From positions 1-64,000 of the forward strand of contig CAVYSY010000037.1 in assembly GCA_963771175.1 (NCBI GenBank): a stretch of 64,000 nucleotides of DNA, in the 5' to 3' direction. The notes beneath the pieces were generated by a model, which was given only the letters and a program-made list of their open reading frames with translations, made no database searches and was not told the DNA's origin. Each line of letters begins with the position of its first letter. Position 1 is the stretch's first letter. Positions 54,845 through 64,000 of this stretch are shown in pieces. The translations under genes and the position numbers were made by a program. The stretch comes from an uncultured delta proteobacterium (GTDB lineage: Bacteria > Myxococcota > Myxococcia > Myxococcales > Myxococcaceae).

Positions 54845-56578
54845 TCACTTCGAGACGTGTGGAAGTGGCAGCGCCTCCAGGACACTGAATCCACCTGCGG
54901 CGTCCAGTTCTTTGCCTGTGAGATGACATGAGCGCTCGCGGGGCAGGGACAGGGTGAAGCAGGCGCCCTGGCCCGGCTCGCCGCCCACGTCCAGCTTGCC
55001 CCCGTGCTCCTGGAGGATGCGCGCGGCGATGGCCAGTCCCAGGCCCGTGCCGCCGTCCTTGGTGGTGAAGTAGGGCTCGAAGATGCGGGCGCGGTGCTCG
55101 GGGGGAATCCCCGGGCCGCTGTCCTGCACCTCCACCACCGCCTCCCGCTCGCTGCCGTGCACGCGCACGTGCAGCGCCCCGCCGCCCTTCGTCATCGCCT
55201 CCTCGGCGTTCTTCACCAGGTTGACGAGCACCTGCGTGAGCTGGTCCCGGTCCACCTTCGCCACCACTCCCGGCTGCACCTCCGAGTGGATGCTGATGCC
55301 CGGCGGCGGTGAGGCGTAGAGCGACAGCACGTTCTGCGCGAGCTCGCCCAGGTCCACCGGCTCCAGTTGCGGCTTGGGCAGGCGTGCGAAGCGGCTGAAC
55401 TCGTCGACAATCCGCTTCAGCCGGTCCACCTCCTCCAGGATGACGCCCGCGCTCTCGCGGAACAGGGCGGGGAAGCGCGCGTCCTGCGCGTCCTGCACCG
55501 CCATCAGCGTCTCCAGCGACATCCGGATGGGCGTCAGCGGGTTCTTGATTTCGTGCGCCAGCCGCCTCGCTACCTCCTGCCACGCGGCCACGCGCTCGCT
55601 GGCCACCAGCCGCTCGGTGGTGGAGCGCAGCTCCGTCGTCATGTGGTTGAACGTCTTCACCAGCTCGCCCACCTCGCCCGTGGCCTTCACCTGCACCTGC
55701 ACGTCCAGCGCGCCCTCGCCCACGCGCCTCGCACCCGAGGTGAGTGCCTCCACCGGCTGGGTGATGCGTCGGGCCATCAGCATTCCCACCAGCACCGCGA
55801 AACTCAGGCCCAGTCCCGCCAGCAGCAGGAAGGAGCGCAACACCCCCAGCGTGGCCTCTCGCTCGGCCGCGCGGCTGAAGAGGAGCCGCACCGTGGCGGC
55901 CTCGCCCAGCGGCAGCACGCGCGACACCGTGGGCGGTGTCACGCTACCGGCCCGGGCCACCACCGTGTCCCCGGACAGCAGCGACACCTCCGCTCCCGTG
56001 AGCCGCGACAGGTGCGACGCCAGCCCCTGGTCCAGCAGCACTCCTCCCACCGCCCACAGCCTCGTGTCCCCGTAGTCCACCGGCCTCGCCGTGACGAGCG
56101 CGGGCACCTCGCGCAGGCCCTCGTCCCCGCGCACCGACACCTTCACCGGCACTGGCTTGGGCGACTTCTCCCGGGTGACTCCGAAGAGCTCCGGGTCCGG
56201 ATCCCCCCGGCGCGCGGGCAGGTGCCCGGAGGACAGCGTGGTGCCCTTCCGGTCGAAGAGCGCCAGCACCGTGAGGCCCCGGCTCTTCATCAGCGCCTGG
56301 GCGGTGTCCGCGCGGATGGCGCGAGCGGGAGACTCTCGGGCCTCGCGCGCCAGGTCCTCCATCGCGGGGCTCTCCACCAGCTCCTCCACCGCCCGGCGCG
56401 CGTTGGCGGCGGCGCGCTCGAGGGCCTCCTGCGCGGAGGCGGTGGCCCCGTCCATGCGCGCATCCAGCCCCCGCGAGAGCGTGGCGCGCAGTCGCGTCAG
56501 CGTGAAGGGCACCATCACCGCCAGCGGCACCAGGGCCAGCAGGGCGAAGGCGAGCGCCAGCCGCGTCCTCAACCTCAT
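54845..56578 (-). CDS. NtrY-like HAMP sensor histidine kinase
   Basis: 'AAWQEVARRLAHEIKNPLTPI', NLVKNA, DSGPG, GTGLGL. Confidence 0.93.
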   Translation of the reverse strand: MRLRTRLALAFALLALVPLAVMVPFTLTRLRATLSRGLDARMDGATASAQEALERAAANARRAVEELVESPAMEDLAREARESPARAIRADTAQALMKSRGLTVLALFDRKGTTLSSGHLPARRGDPDPELFGVTREKSPKPVPVKVSVRGDEGLREVPALVTARPVDYGDTRLWAVGGVLLDQGLASHLSRLTGAEVSLLSGDTVVARAGSVTPPTVSRVLPLGEAATVRLLFSRAAEREATLGVLRSFLLLAGLGLSFAVLVGMLMARRITQPVEALTSGARRVGEGALDVQVQVKATGEVGELVKTFNHMTTELRSTTERLVASERVAAWQEVARRLAHEIKNPLTPIRMSLETLMAVQDAQDARFPALFRESAGVILEEVDRLKRIVDEFSRFARLPKPQLEPVDLGELAQNVLSLYASPPPGISIHSEVQPGVVAKVDRDQLTQVLVNLVKNAEEAMTKGGGALHVRVHGSEREAVVEVQDSGPGIPPEHRARIFEPYFTTKDGGTGLGLAIAARILQEHGGKLDVGGEPGQGACFTLSLPRERSCHLTGKELDAAGGFSVLEALPLPHVSK

Positions 56579-57948
56579 TTCCGGGCTCCCGGGACTCCCG
56601 TCAGGGTCGGCTGCAGCCAGGTACCGTCCAGCATGGGCAGCCCCTGGCCGTCGAAGGCGAGCCCTCCCACCTCCGGCGCCGCGCGCAGCGCCAGCCCCTG
56701 CGCGTAGAGGGGCAGCATCGGCACGGACGGGGCGAGCGCCAGGGCCCGCTCGCGCGCCCTCGCGTCTCGCGCCGCCGGGTCCGCCAGGGCGCCGATGCGC
56801 GGCAGTTCCACCCCGAGCAGGTCCTTCCGGCCCGCCGCGTCCAGCACCACGGCCAGGGCCGGGCCGGGCACGGGCGGCAGCAGCAGCGAGTGCAGCATCA
56901 GCTCGTAATCGCCCCTTGCCCAGCGGGCGCGCAGCTCGGCGCGCGGCAGCGGCTCCAGCGCCACGGCGTAGCCCCGGTCGTGCAGCTTCACCTGGAGGCG
57001 CTCGGCCACCGCGCGCTGGTCCTCGCTGCCCGCGTCGTAGAGGAGCGTCACCTTGCGCGCGGCCTGGGGCGGGGGCGGCGCGGTGCGCGGGCCCGCGGCT
57101 GCGGGGAGGAGGGCGGGCGGCAGCAGGTGCGGCATGGGCACGGCCGGCCCGCGCACGAAGAGGCGCGTGAGGTCCTCCCGGTCGAGGGCGCTCTCCACCG
57201 CCAGGCGGAAGTCCGGAGGCACGCGTCGCGGCGTCCAGGCCAGATAGGTGGCGTACAGCGCCGCGCCGGAGGGGGTACCCACGTCGGGGAGGACGCCGAG
57301 CGCCACCTGGGTCTCCTTCGAGGACCACAGGCGCGAGAGGCCGCGCTCGTCGGTGGCGGTGAGGCGCAGCCGGTCCAGGTACGGCCGGCCCTCGGTCCAG
57401 GCGAGCCGCGCTTCCACGGCGGTGGGGCCCGAGGCGGAGAAGGGGCCGAGCGCGGCGGGGGCGGAGCGCGGAGGGGCGAGCGCGGGGTGGCACAGCGCGC
57501 GCTCCAGGTCCGGCCACGGGAAGGCGAGCGCCAGCTCCAGGCTGTCCCCGGTGGCGGAGAGCTGCCGGCCCTCGGCGCGCAGCGGGAAGAGGAGGGCGCG
57601 GTAGGGCGAGGGGGCCTCGGTGCCGGCGAGCCGTGTCCAGGCGCGGGTGAGCGCGGAGGCCTGGGCGGGCGAGGGCAGGGTGAGGCGCACCACCTGCGGG
57701 AAGGGGCGCGTCAGCTCCCGGGCGAGCGCGGGAGAGAGGTGCCCGTCCGCGGCCAGCCGACACGCGGGCCGCGAGATGAGCCCGAGGAGGGTGGCCTCGG
57801 TGGGGGTGTCGGCGAGGGCCGGCTCTCCGGGCTCGGCGGGGCCGGTGTGGGCGACGCGCAGCTCGCCTCCGTAGGGGACGCGGCCGGCGGCGAGCGCCGG
57901 CGCGGCGCCGAGCAGGAGGAGGCTGGCGAGGGCGTGGCGGAGCGTCAT
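56575..57948 (-). CDS. Peptide/nickel ABC-type substrate-binding-like protein
   Basis: Signal peptide; 'YGGELRV', 'LGPF', 'GRPYLDRL', 'PLY'. Confidence 0.75.
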   Translation of the reverse strand: MTLRHALASLLLLGAAPALAAGRVPYGGELRVAHTGPAEPGEPALADTPTEATLLGLISRPACRLAADGHLSPALARELTRPFPQVVRLTLPSPAQASALTRAWTRLAGTEAPSPYRALLFPLRAEGRQLSATGDSLELALAFPWPDLERALCHPALAPPRSAPAALGPFSASGPTAVEARLAWTEGRPYLDRLRLTATDERGLSRLWSSKETQVALGVLPDVGTPSGAALYATYLAWTPRRVPPDFRLAVESALDREDLTRLFVRGPAVPMPHLLPPALLPAAAGPRTAPPPPQAARKVTLLYDAGSEDQRAVAERLQVKLHDRGYAVALEPLPRAELRARWARGDYELMLHSLLLPPVPGPALAVVLDAAGRKDLLGVELPRIGALADPAARDARARERALALAPSVPMLPLYAQGLALRAAPEVGGLAFDGQGLPMLDGTWLQPTLTGVPGARK

Positions 57949-59321
57949 GGCGCACCCTGGCGCAGGAGGAAGAGCTCGCCGGTGCCGTCCGGCTTCGTGA
58001 GGCCCACCACCACCTCGCGGTACCTGTCCCCGTCCAGGTTGGCCGTCACCACCTGCAGGGCGCGGCCGGCGGGCAGGGGGCCCTGCCAGAGGGGCTCGTG
58101 GGTGGTGGGGTTGCTCCCGTTCGTCTTGAAGACGCGCAGGGTGTCCTGTGCCGGCTGTATCTCGGCCGAGGTGGTGAGCAGCTCCGGCGTCCCATCCCCG
58201 TCCAGGTCCCCGAGCGCGCTGCCGGCGCCGAGGCCGGAGAGGAGCAGGGGCGCCACCGAGGGCCGCGGGAAGAAGGAGGCCGAGCCATCCGGGTGGACGA
58301 GGAGGACGCGGGAGTTGGCGGTGCTGAAGGTGGTGAAGCGGGCCGGCACGCCGGGGAGGAGGGTGCCGCCGAGCCGCACCTCGGAGGTGAAGGCCGTCTG
58401 TCCCGGCACGAAGGTGCCGCGCGCGTCCGGGCCCAGGGGCGCGGCATCGAGCCGGGCCACTCCGTGCAGCGCGCCGCCCTCCAGGGAGAGCACCTCGCCG
58501 TGGGCGTAGCGGGTGGAGAAGGCGGCGAGGCGCGGCGGTCCAGCGAGGACGGTGAGGGCGCCGAAGGGCTCGCGGGTGGGGGCGGGGCTGGGGGACAACG
58601 CCTCCAGCGAGCGCTCCGCGACGAGGTGCCCGTCGGCGGCGAAGACGAAGACGGCGCGCTCGGTGAGGGCCACCACCTCGTCCTTGCCGTCCCCATCGAG
58701 GTCCCCCGCGGCGAGCGCGGCGAGCGGCTCGGGCAGCCGCGCCAGCACGGCGCCCAGCAGGCGCAGGGGGCGCGGCTCCTCCGGGGTGGTGGGCGGCGGG
58801 CGCGGAGCGGACTCCACTGCGGCGAGCGCGAGCGCCGCGGCGTCCGCCTCCACCGACTGGGCGATGGCGGCGGCGGGCCCGGGCGGACGGGTGGCCGTGC
58901 GACCGGACCAGAAGTTCACCCAGGTGCCGAGCAGGTCGCCGTGCGCGCGCAGCTCCCCGTCCCTCGACGTCCAGGGTGAGGCGCACCAGGGCTCGGGCTC
59001 CCTGCTCGCGGGCGAGGGACTCGGCGGCCACGGGCGAGGGCGCCTCCAGCACCACGGGCGCGAGCCGTCGGAGGCGAGCCGCGCGGCGAGCAGCGTGCCC
59101 GAAGGCACGTCGCAATTCAGGGGTGCCGCCGGAGAAGTGCAGGGCCACGGGGGCCTCGGGCTTCTCCGCCCGCACGTCCGCGGCCACGGCCTGCGCGAGC
59201 CGCTCGAGGGCGGGAGTCGGCCGGGCGCCGGGGCGGCCGGGGCTGGCTGAGCCGGAGGGGGTTGGGCGGCCGGAGCGGGCAGCGCGGCCAGCAGCAGCGC
59301 GGCGGCGAGGGCTCGGCTCAC
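57945..59321 (-). CDS. Exported FG-GAP/VCBS repeat protein (frameshifted)
   Basis: GDLDGDGKDE, GDLDGDGTPE, NLDGDRYRE. Confidence 0.75.
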   Translation of the reverse strand: MSRALAAALLLAALPAPAAQPPPAQPAPAAPAPGRLPPSSGSRRPWPRTCGRRSPRPPWPCTSPAAPLNCDVPSGTLLAARLASDGSRPWCWRRPRPWPPSPSPASREPEPWCASPWTSRDGELRAHGDLLGTWVNFWSGRTATRPPGPAAAIAQSVEADAAALALAAVESAPRPPPTTPEEPRPLRLLGAVLARLPEPLAALAAGDLDGDGKDEVVALTERAVFVFAADGHLVAERSLEALSPSPAPTREPFGALTVLAGPPRLAAFSTRYAHGEVLSLEGGALHGVARLDAAPLGPDARGTFVPGQTAFTSEVRLGGTLLPGVPARFTTFSTANSRVLLVHPDGSASFFPRPSVAPLLLSGLGAGSALGDLDGDGTPELLTTSAEIQPAQDTLRVFKTNGSNPTTHEPLWQGPLPAGRALQVVTANLDGDRYREVVVGLTKPDGTGELFLLRQGAP

Positions 59322-61909
59322 AGACCGCCCCGACTGCCTTCCTGGAGGAAGAAGTCGCTCGGGCTGACGTGGCCGGGCGGGGGGGCCTCGGCGGTGGGCT
59401 GGGTGCCCTCGAGGAAGGACTCGAGGCGGCCCGGCACGGAGTTGCCAGCGAGCAGGCCGGTGACGGGGTCGATGCGCACCTGCACCACGCCAGGGGGCAC
59501 GCTCGAAGTCGCGCGAGGGCAGGCCCTGGTGGGCGGCGCGCATGAAGTCCGAGCCAGATGGGGAGGGGCGCGCGGCCGCCCGTCTCGCGAGCTGCCCAGC
59601 GGCGAGTGGTCGTCGAAGCCCACCCAGGCGCTGGCGACCAAGTCCGCGGTGTAGCCGCTGAACCAGGCGTCGCGGTTCTCGCTGGCGGTGCCCGTCTTGC
59701 CGGCGGCGGGGCGGTTGAGCTCGCGTCACCGCCTTGGCCGTGCCCTCCTCCACCACGCTGCGCATCAGCGAGGTGGTGAGGTAGGCCACCGCCGGGGGCA
59801 GCGTCTCCTCGAAGGCCGGCTGGTGCTCCTCGAGCACCTTGCCGCCGCGCGTCCGTCACCTTCAGCAGCATCAGCGGCTCGGCATGGCGGCCGTTGGCCT
59901 GCAGGGTGGCGTAGGCGTTGGCCGCCTCCAGGATGCTCACCTCGCCGGTGCCCAGCGCGAGGGTGAGGTTCTCCGGCAGCGGCGAGCGGATGCCGGCCCG
60001 GCGGGCGAAGTCGATCGCGGTGGCGGGGGTGATGGCCTCGATGAGGCGTACGGACACGGTGTTCTTGGACTTGGTGAGCGCCTCGCGCAGCGTCATGGGG
60101 CCCTCGAAGGCGCGATCGTAGTTCTGCGGCTTCCACGTCTTGCCGGTGTACGGGTCGCGGATGGCCTCGGGGGCGTCGTTCACCGGGCTGAGGGGGGTGA
60201 AGCGGCCGCTGCCGAGCGCGGCGCCGTAGAGGAAGGGCTTGAAGGACGAGCCCGGCTGGCGCTTCGCCTGGGTGGCGCGGTTGAAGGGCGAGCGTTCGAA
60301 GTCGTAGCCGCCCACCAGCGCCACCACGTGGCGGTTGCTCGGGTTGATGACGACGAGGCCGCCCTGCACGAGCGGCACCTGGTCCAGCGTGGCCTCCAGG
60401 AGCGCGGGGGCGGGCGTGACGCGCAGCACGCGCACGAGCACGAGGTCTCCGGGCTTCATCACGTCCGACATCTTCGAGGGCGCGCCCTTCCCCTTGAGGC
60501 GCGCCCAGGTGACGGTGGAGAAGGGAATCTCCGCGGTGCGGCCCACCAGGTCCACGCGGGCGCGCTTGCCCGCGTCGTCCACCTGGGTGACGAAGCCCGT
60601 CACCCGCAGGCCCTCCTTGAGGGGCTCGAGCTTCACGTCGAGCGCGAGCTTCTCGTCGGCGGAGAGCGTGGCCTCCTCCTCCTCCTCGGCGGGGGTCTCC
60701 ACCGGCTCCTCGGCCTCGGCCGGCTTGGGCGTCTGCTCACCCGTCTGGGCGAGCGAGGCGAGGTCGGCGACGTAGGCGCCTTCCTTCTGGCGCCGGCCCG
60801 TCTCTTCGAGCTGCTTCGCGATGAGGGGCTGGAGCCGCTCGAAGCGCGCGGGCTCCAGCGTGCCGAGGGCGCCGCGGTAGCCCTGGCGCCGGTCCACCGC
60901 CTCCAGCCCCTCGCGCACCGCCTCGTCGGCGATCGCCTGGAGCTTCGGGTCCATGGCGATGTCCACGCGCAGGCCGCCGGTGAGCACGACCTCGTCGCCG
61001 TAGCGGGCGACGAGCGTGCGGCGGATCTCCTCGGCGTAGTAGGGGCCCACCTCGGGCGGCGGCCGAGGCGCGAGCACGATGGGCTTCTCCAGCTCCTTCT
61101 CCACCACCTCCCTCGGGAGGAAGCCGTGCTCGGCCATCTGCCCCAGCACGTAGCGCTGACGCTGCTTGGCGCGGACGATGTTCGTCTCCGGGTTGATGCG
61201 GTTGGGCGACTGCACCGTGCCGCCGAGCACGGCGGCCTCGCCGACGCTCAGGTCCTTCGCGTGCTTGCCGAAGTAGTAGAGCGCCGCCTCCTCGACGCCG
61301 TAGCGGCGCTGCCCGAAGTAGGTCTGGTTCACGTACAGGTTGAGGATCTGGTCCTTGGTGAGGGCCTGCTCCACGCGCGGGGTGAGGATCCACTCGCGAA
61401 TCTTGCGCGTCAGGCTGCGCTCGTGCGTGAGCAGCAGGTTCTTCACCACCTGCTGGGTGATGGTGGAGGCGCCGGACTTGCGGCTGCCGGGGATGAGGTT
61501 CTTCACGGCCGCGCGGACCATGCCGACGAAGTCGAGGCCCTCGTGCTTGTAGAAGTCGGCGTCCTCGGCGGCGAGGAAGGCGTTGCGCACGTGGGGCGGC
61601 AGCTCCGTGACGTCCACCAGGGTGCGGCGCCCCTGGGGCATGAAGAACTCCGCGCACACGGAGCCGTCGGCGCAGGCGCACCTTGGTGACCTGGGGCAGG
61701 GCGTAGGTGCGCAGCGCCTCCACCGAGGGCAGGTCCCGGCTGAAGTAGAGGTAGACGCCTCCAACGACGAGCGCGAGCAGCACCACGCCCACGGCGGCCA
61801 GGACGAGGAGCCGCTTCGTCCATCGCCACAGCCGGGCGCCGAAGCGGGCCGGAGGGATGGAGGGTGGGGAGGATTTTCGCTGGGAGCTCATCTCTCGGGC
61901 CGTGTTCAT
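59318..61909 (-). CDS. mrcA: Penicillin-binding protein 1A (multiple frameshifts)
   Basis: AEDADFY.H.G, GASTITQQ, RKIRE, QPGSSFKP, SKN, KTG-type motif in an alternate frame. Confidence 0.92.
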
Positions 61910-62017
61910 GGGAGGCGGGGACAACAGAAGGTGGGCGACGTTAAACCGCCGGGAGGGGAACCGGAATGGGCCAGGTGGCCCGCCGGGCGGTTGGCCTCAC
62001 GAAGGCTCAGCGCCCCC

Positions 62018-63004
62018 TTACTCCGGGCACCCCGGGGACTGCCTGTTCCCGAGGAGCTTCAGGACCTCGATGGAGGCATGGGCCTCGCGATTCAAGCGCT
62101 CCCGGTTGAGGCGGGCCTTGGAGTCCCTCGGAGCCAGGCGGGTGGCGGTGTCATAGGCCATGCGGGCCTCCTCGAGGCGGCCGAGTCGCTCGTAGGCGAG
62201 TCCCAGGTTGTTGTGGACGTAGCCCACGTGGGGCAGCACGTAGGCCGCCTGGGCGAGGACCTCGGCGGCCAGCGCGTCCTGGTCGGTCCGCAGGTAGGCC
62301 AGCCCGAGGTTGTTGAGGGCATACCCGTGGTAGGGATCGAGGTGCACGGCCTGTCTGAAGCGGATGATCGCCTCGTCGAGCTGGCCAGCGGAGAGGTGGG
62401 CTCGGCCGAGCACCTGGTAGATTTCGGGGTACTCGGGGTCGAGCTCGAGCGCGGCCTCGGCGGCGCGGAGGCAGCCTTCGGTGTCGCCCAGCTCCAGCAG
62501 GAGGCGGGCTTGCTGGACGAAGGGCTCGGGACCGTCGGGGAAGAGTCGGGCGAGCTCCCCATAGGCCTCCACGGCGAGCTGCTTCTGGCCGGTGAGGCGG
62601 GTCAGGCGGATGACGGTGTCGAGGGCGGCTTCGGCCGCATCGACGTCATCGGCGGCGTCGTGGACGGCGCGGCGGGCCTCGGTGAGGGCACCCGAGATGT
62701 CTCCCTCCTGGCTCAGCGCGCGGGCGCGGGCGAGGTGGTCCACGGGATGAAGGTGCTCCTCGTGGGAGAGCCAGAGCGTGTCCGCTGGCTCAGCGGGAGC
62801 GAGGTCCTCGGGCGCCACGGGGAGGGGGCCGGTCGTCTCGGGGAGGCCATCGGTCAGCGAGGGGAACTCCGGCGAGGGGAGCACCGAGACGGCGGGGTGC
62901 GACTCGACGGTCGAGAGGCGTCCGTGGGCCCGCCGGGTCTGGCTGGCATCGCAGGCGGCGAGGGAGAGGACGGCGAGGCAGGCGGACAGGATGGTGTTCC
63001 TCAT
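62018..63004 (-). CDS. TPR lipoprotein
   Basis: LAAC lipobox; 'ALNNLGLAY', 'HNNLGLAY'. Confidence 0.88.
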   Translation of the reverse strand: MRNTILSACLAVLSLAACDASQTRRAHGRLSTVESHPAVSVLPSPEFPSLTDGLPETTGPLPVAPEDLAPAEPADTLWLSHEEHLHPVDHLARARALSQEGDISGALTEARRAVHDAADDVDAAEAALDTVIRLTRLTGQKQLAVEAYGELARLFPDGPEPFVQQARLLLELGDTEGCLRAAEAALELDPEYPEIYQVLGRAHLSAGQLDEAIIRFRQAVHLDPYHGYALNNLGLAYLRTDQDALAAEVLAQAAYVLPHVGYVHNNLGLAYERLGRLEEARMAYDTATRLAPRDSKARLNRERLNREAHASIEVLKLLGNRQSPGCPE

Positions 63005-63033
63005 GGTGCGGCTCCTTGTCGGGAGGAGCCCAC

Positions 63034-63049
63034 TGCGATGCCCGTGCCA
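63034..63049 (-). promoter_or_regulatory. Sigma54 (-24/-12) promoter
   Basis: TGGCACGGGCATCGCA (GG-N10-GC) 30 nt upstream of ATG 63004. Confidence 0.7.
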
Positions 63050-63268
63050 ACCAGCCTCTCCCTCTGCGCGGAGGCCGGAGTGAGGGTCGCTGAGGACGCC
63101 TCCCCGCTCTCCTTGCAGGTGCGGTGCGGCCTGAGGGCCACACCCGAGGACACCGGGGGAGCCGAGGGCCACGGAGACAGGCCGCTACAGGACCTGCAAG
63201 GGTGTACCCCCGAGGAGGAAGGGAAAAAACCATGGCGGGGGTGGAGGTGACGTGCGAAGTTGGGCGGG

Positions 63269-63655
63269 ATGAAGATCGCTGCTTGGAACGTGAACTCGGT
63301 CCGTGCCCGCCTGGAACGGCTGGTGGACTGGCTGAAGAGCGCTCAACCGGACGTGCTGTGCCTGCAGGAGCTGAAGTGCATGGACGCCGAGTTCCCGATG
63401 GAGGCCGTGCGGGAGGCGGGCTACCACGCCGCGGTGCACGGGCAGAAGACGTACAACGGGGTGGCCATCCTCGCGAAGATGGAGCCGACGGACGTGGTGC
63501 GGGGCCTGTCGGACGGGGTGGACGACTCACACGCGCGGCTGATCGCGGCGACGGTGAACGGGGTGCGGGTGGTGAGCGCGTACGCGCCCAACGGGCAGGA
63601 GGTGGGCTCGCCAGCGTACGAGTACAAGCTGCAGTGGTACGGGCGGCTGCGGTGG
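63269..63655 (+). CDS. xth: Exodeoxyribonuclease III, N-terminal half only
   Basis: WNVNSVRAR, LCLQELK, GQKTYNGVAIL, Y.PNG, YKL.W; GDxN/SDH half missing. Confidence 0.88.
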
Positions 63656-63795
63656 ATTTCTCCTTCGCATCCTCTGCTATCTTCTATAACCCCGAACCGG
63701 TCTAATCGTGCCATCTGTATAATATGCTGCTCAATACTCCGCCCCGCCACTAGCACCCTCACCACCCAGAACCATTAACCGTTAATCACCCTCCC

Positions 63796-64000
63796 TCACC
63801 TCCCCACCTCGATCTTCTCTTCCACGACCATCCCATCCGGCCAGTTGCCTTCCACCCATTTTGCCACGGTTTGCAATGCCGATTCAAGGTGTCCGCGTTC
63901 ATTCCCGATCATCGCACACCCAATGATGGCGTCCTGCCACTTGTCCTGCAGATCGAGCTCGGCTACCGACACGTTGAACTCCCGCCGGAGGCGGGCCATC
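63796..64000 (-). CDS. DUF503 family protein (5' part outside window)
   Basis: 'RLRREFNVSVAE.D.QD.WQ.A.IG.A'; non-myxobacterial codon usage. Confidence 0.8.
   Translation of the reverse strand, partial: MARLRREFNVSVAELDLQDKWQDAIIGCAMIGNERGHLESALQTVAKWVEGNWPDGMVVEEKIEVGR

Noticed and set aside
54845..61764. 1729-aa PBP fusion and 1036-aa kinase ORFs in the track
   Set aside because: Artefacts of frameshifts and stop-poor frames joining four separate genes that each have their own start and overlapping stop/start junctions

Overview
High-GC myxobacterial chromosome segment (Cystobacterineae-like; inferred from a MYXO-CTERM tail and DUF2378-, DUF2381- and MXAN_5187-type genes). The core contains rpsU-yqeY-dnaG-rpoD with tRNA-Ile2(CAT), tRNA-Ala(CGC), a DUF2760 plus two-Hsp70 operon, cyoE with an ABC transporter, two-component systems, GGDEF proteins, asparaginase, truD, OmpA, PBP1A and xth. 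Many genes carry single-base frameshifts, including essential rpoD, which points to sequencing or assembly indels rather than real pseudogenes. Accessory highlights: (1) a ~3 kb cassette (lipoprotein plus partner; DUF2381 pair) bracketed by 67-bp double-palindrome modules with identical spacing and compensatory changes; (2) a divergent EF-Tu paralog behind a leader ORF and terminator, near a slipin gene with an upstream tRNA-like RNA and a DEAD-box helicase; (3) a lower-GC C5-methyltransferase/PD-(D/E)xK nuclease/Vsr island; (4) REP-like palindromic repeats inside a 46-bp duplication; (5) an abrupt junction truncating xth near the right end. All family assignments are from motif recognition by eye; no database searches were run.
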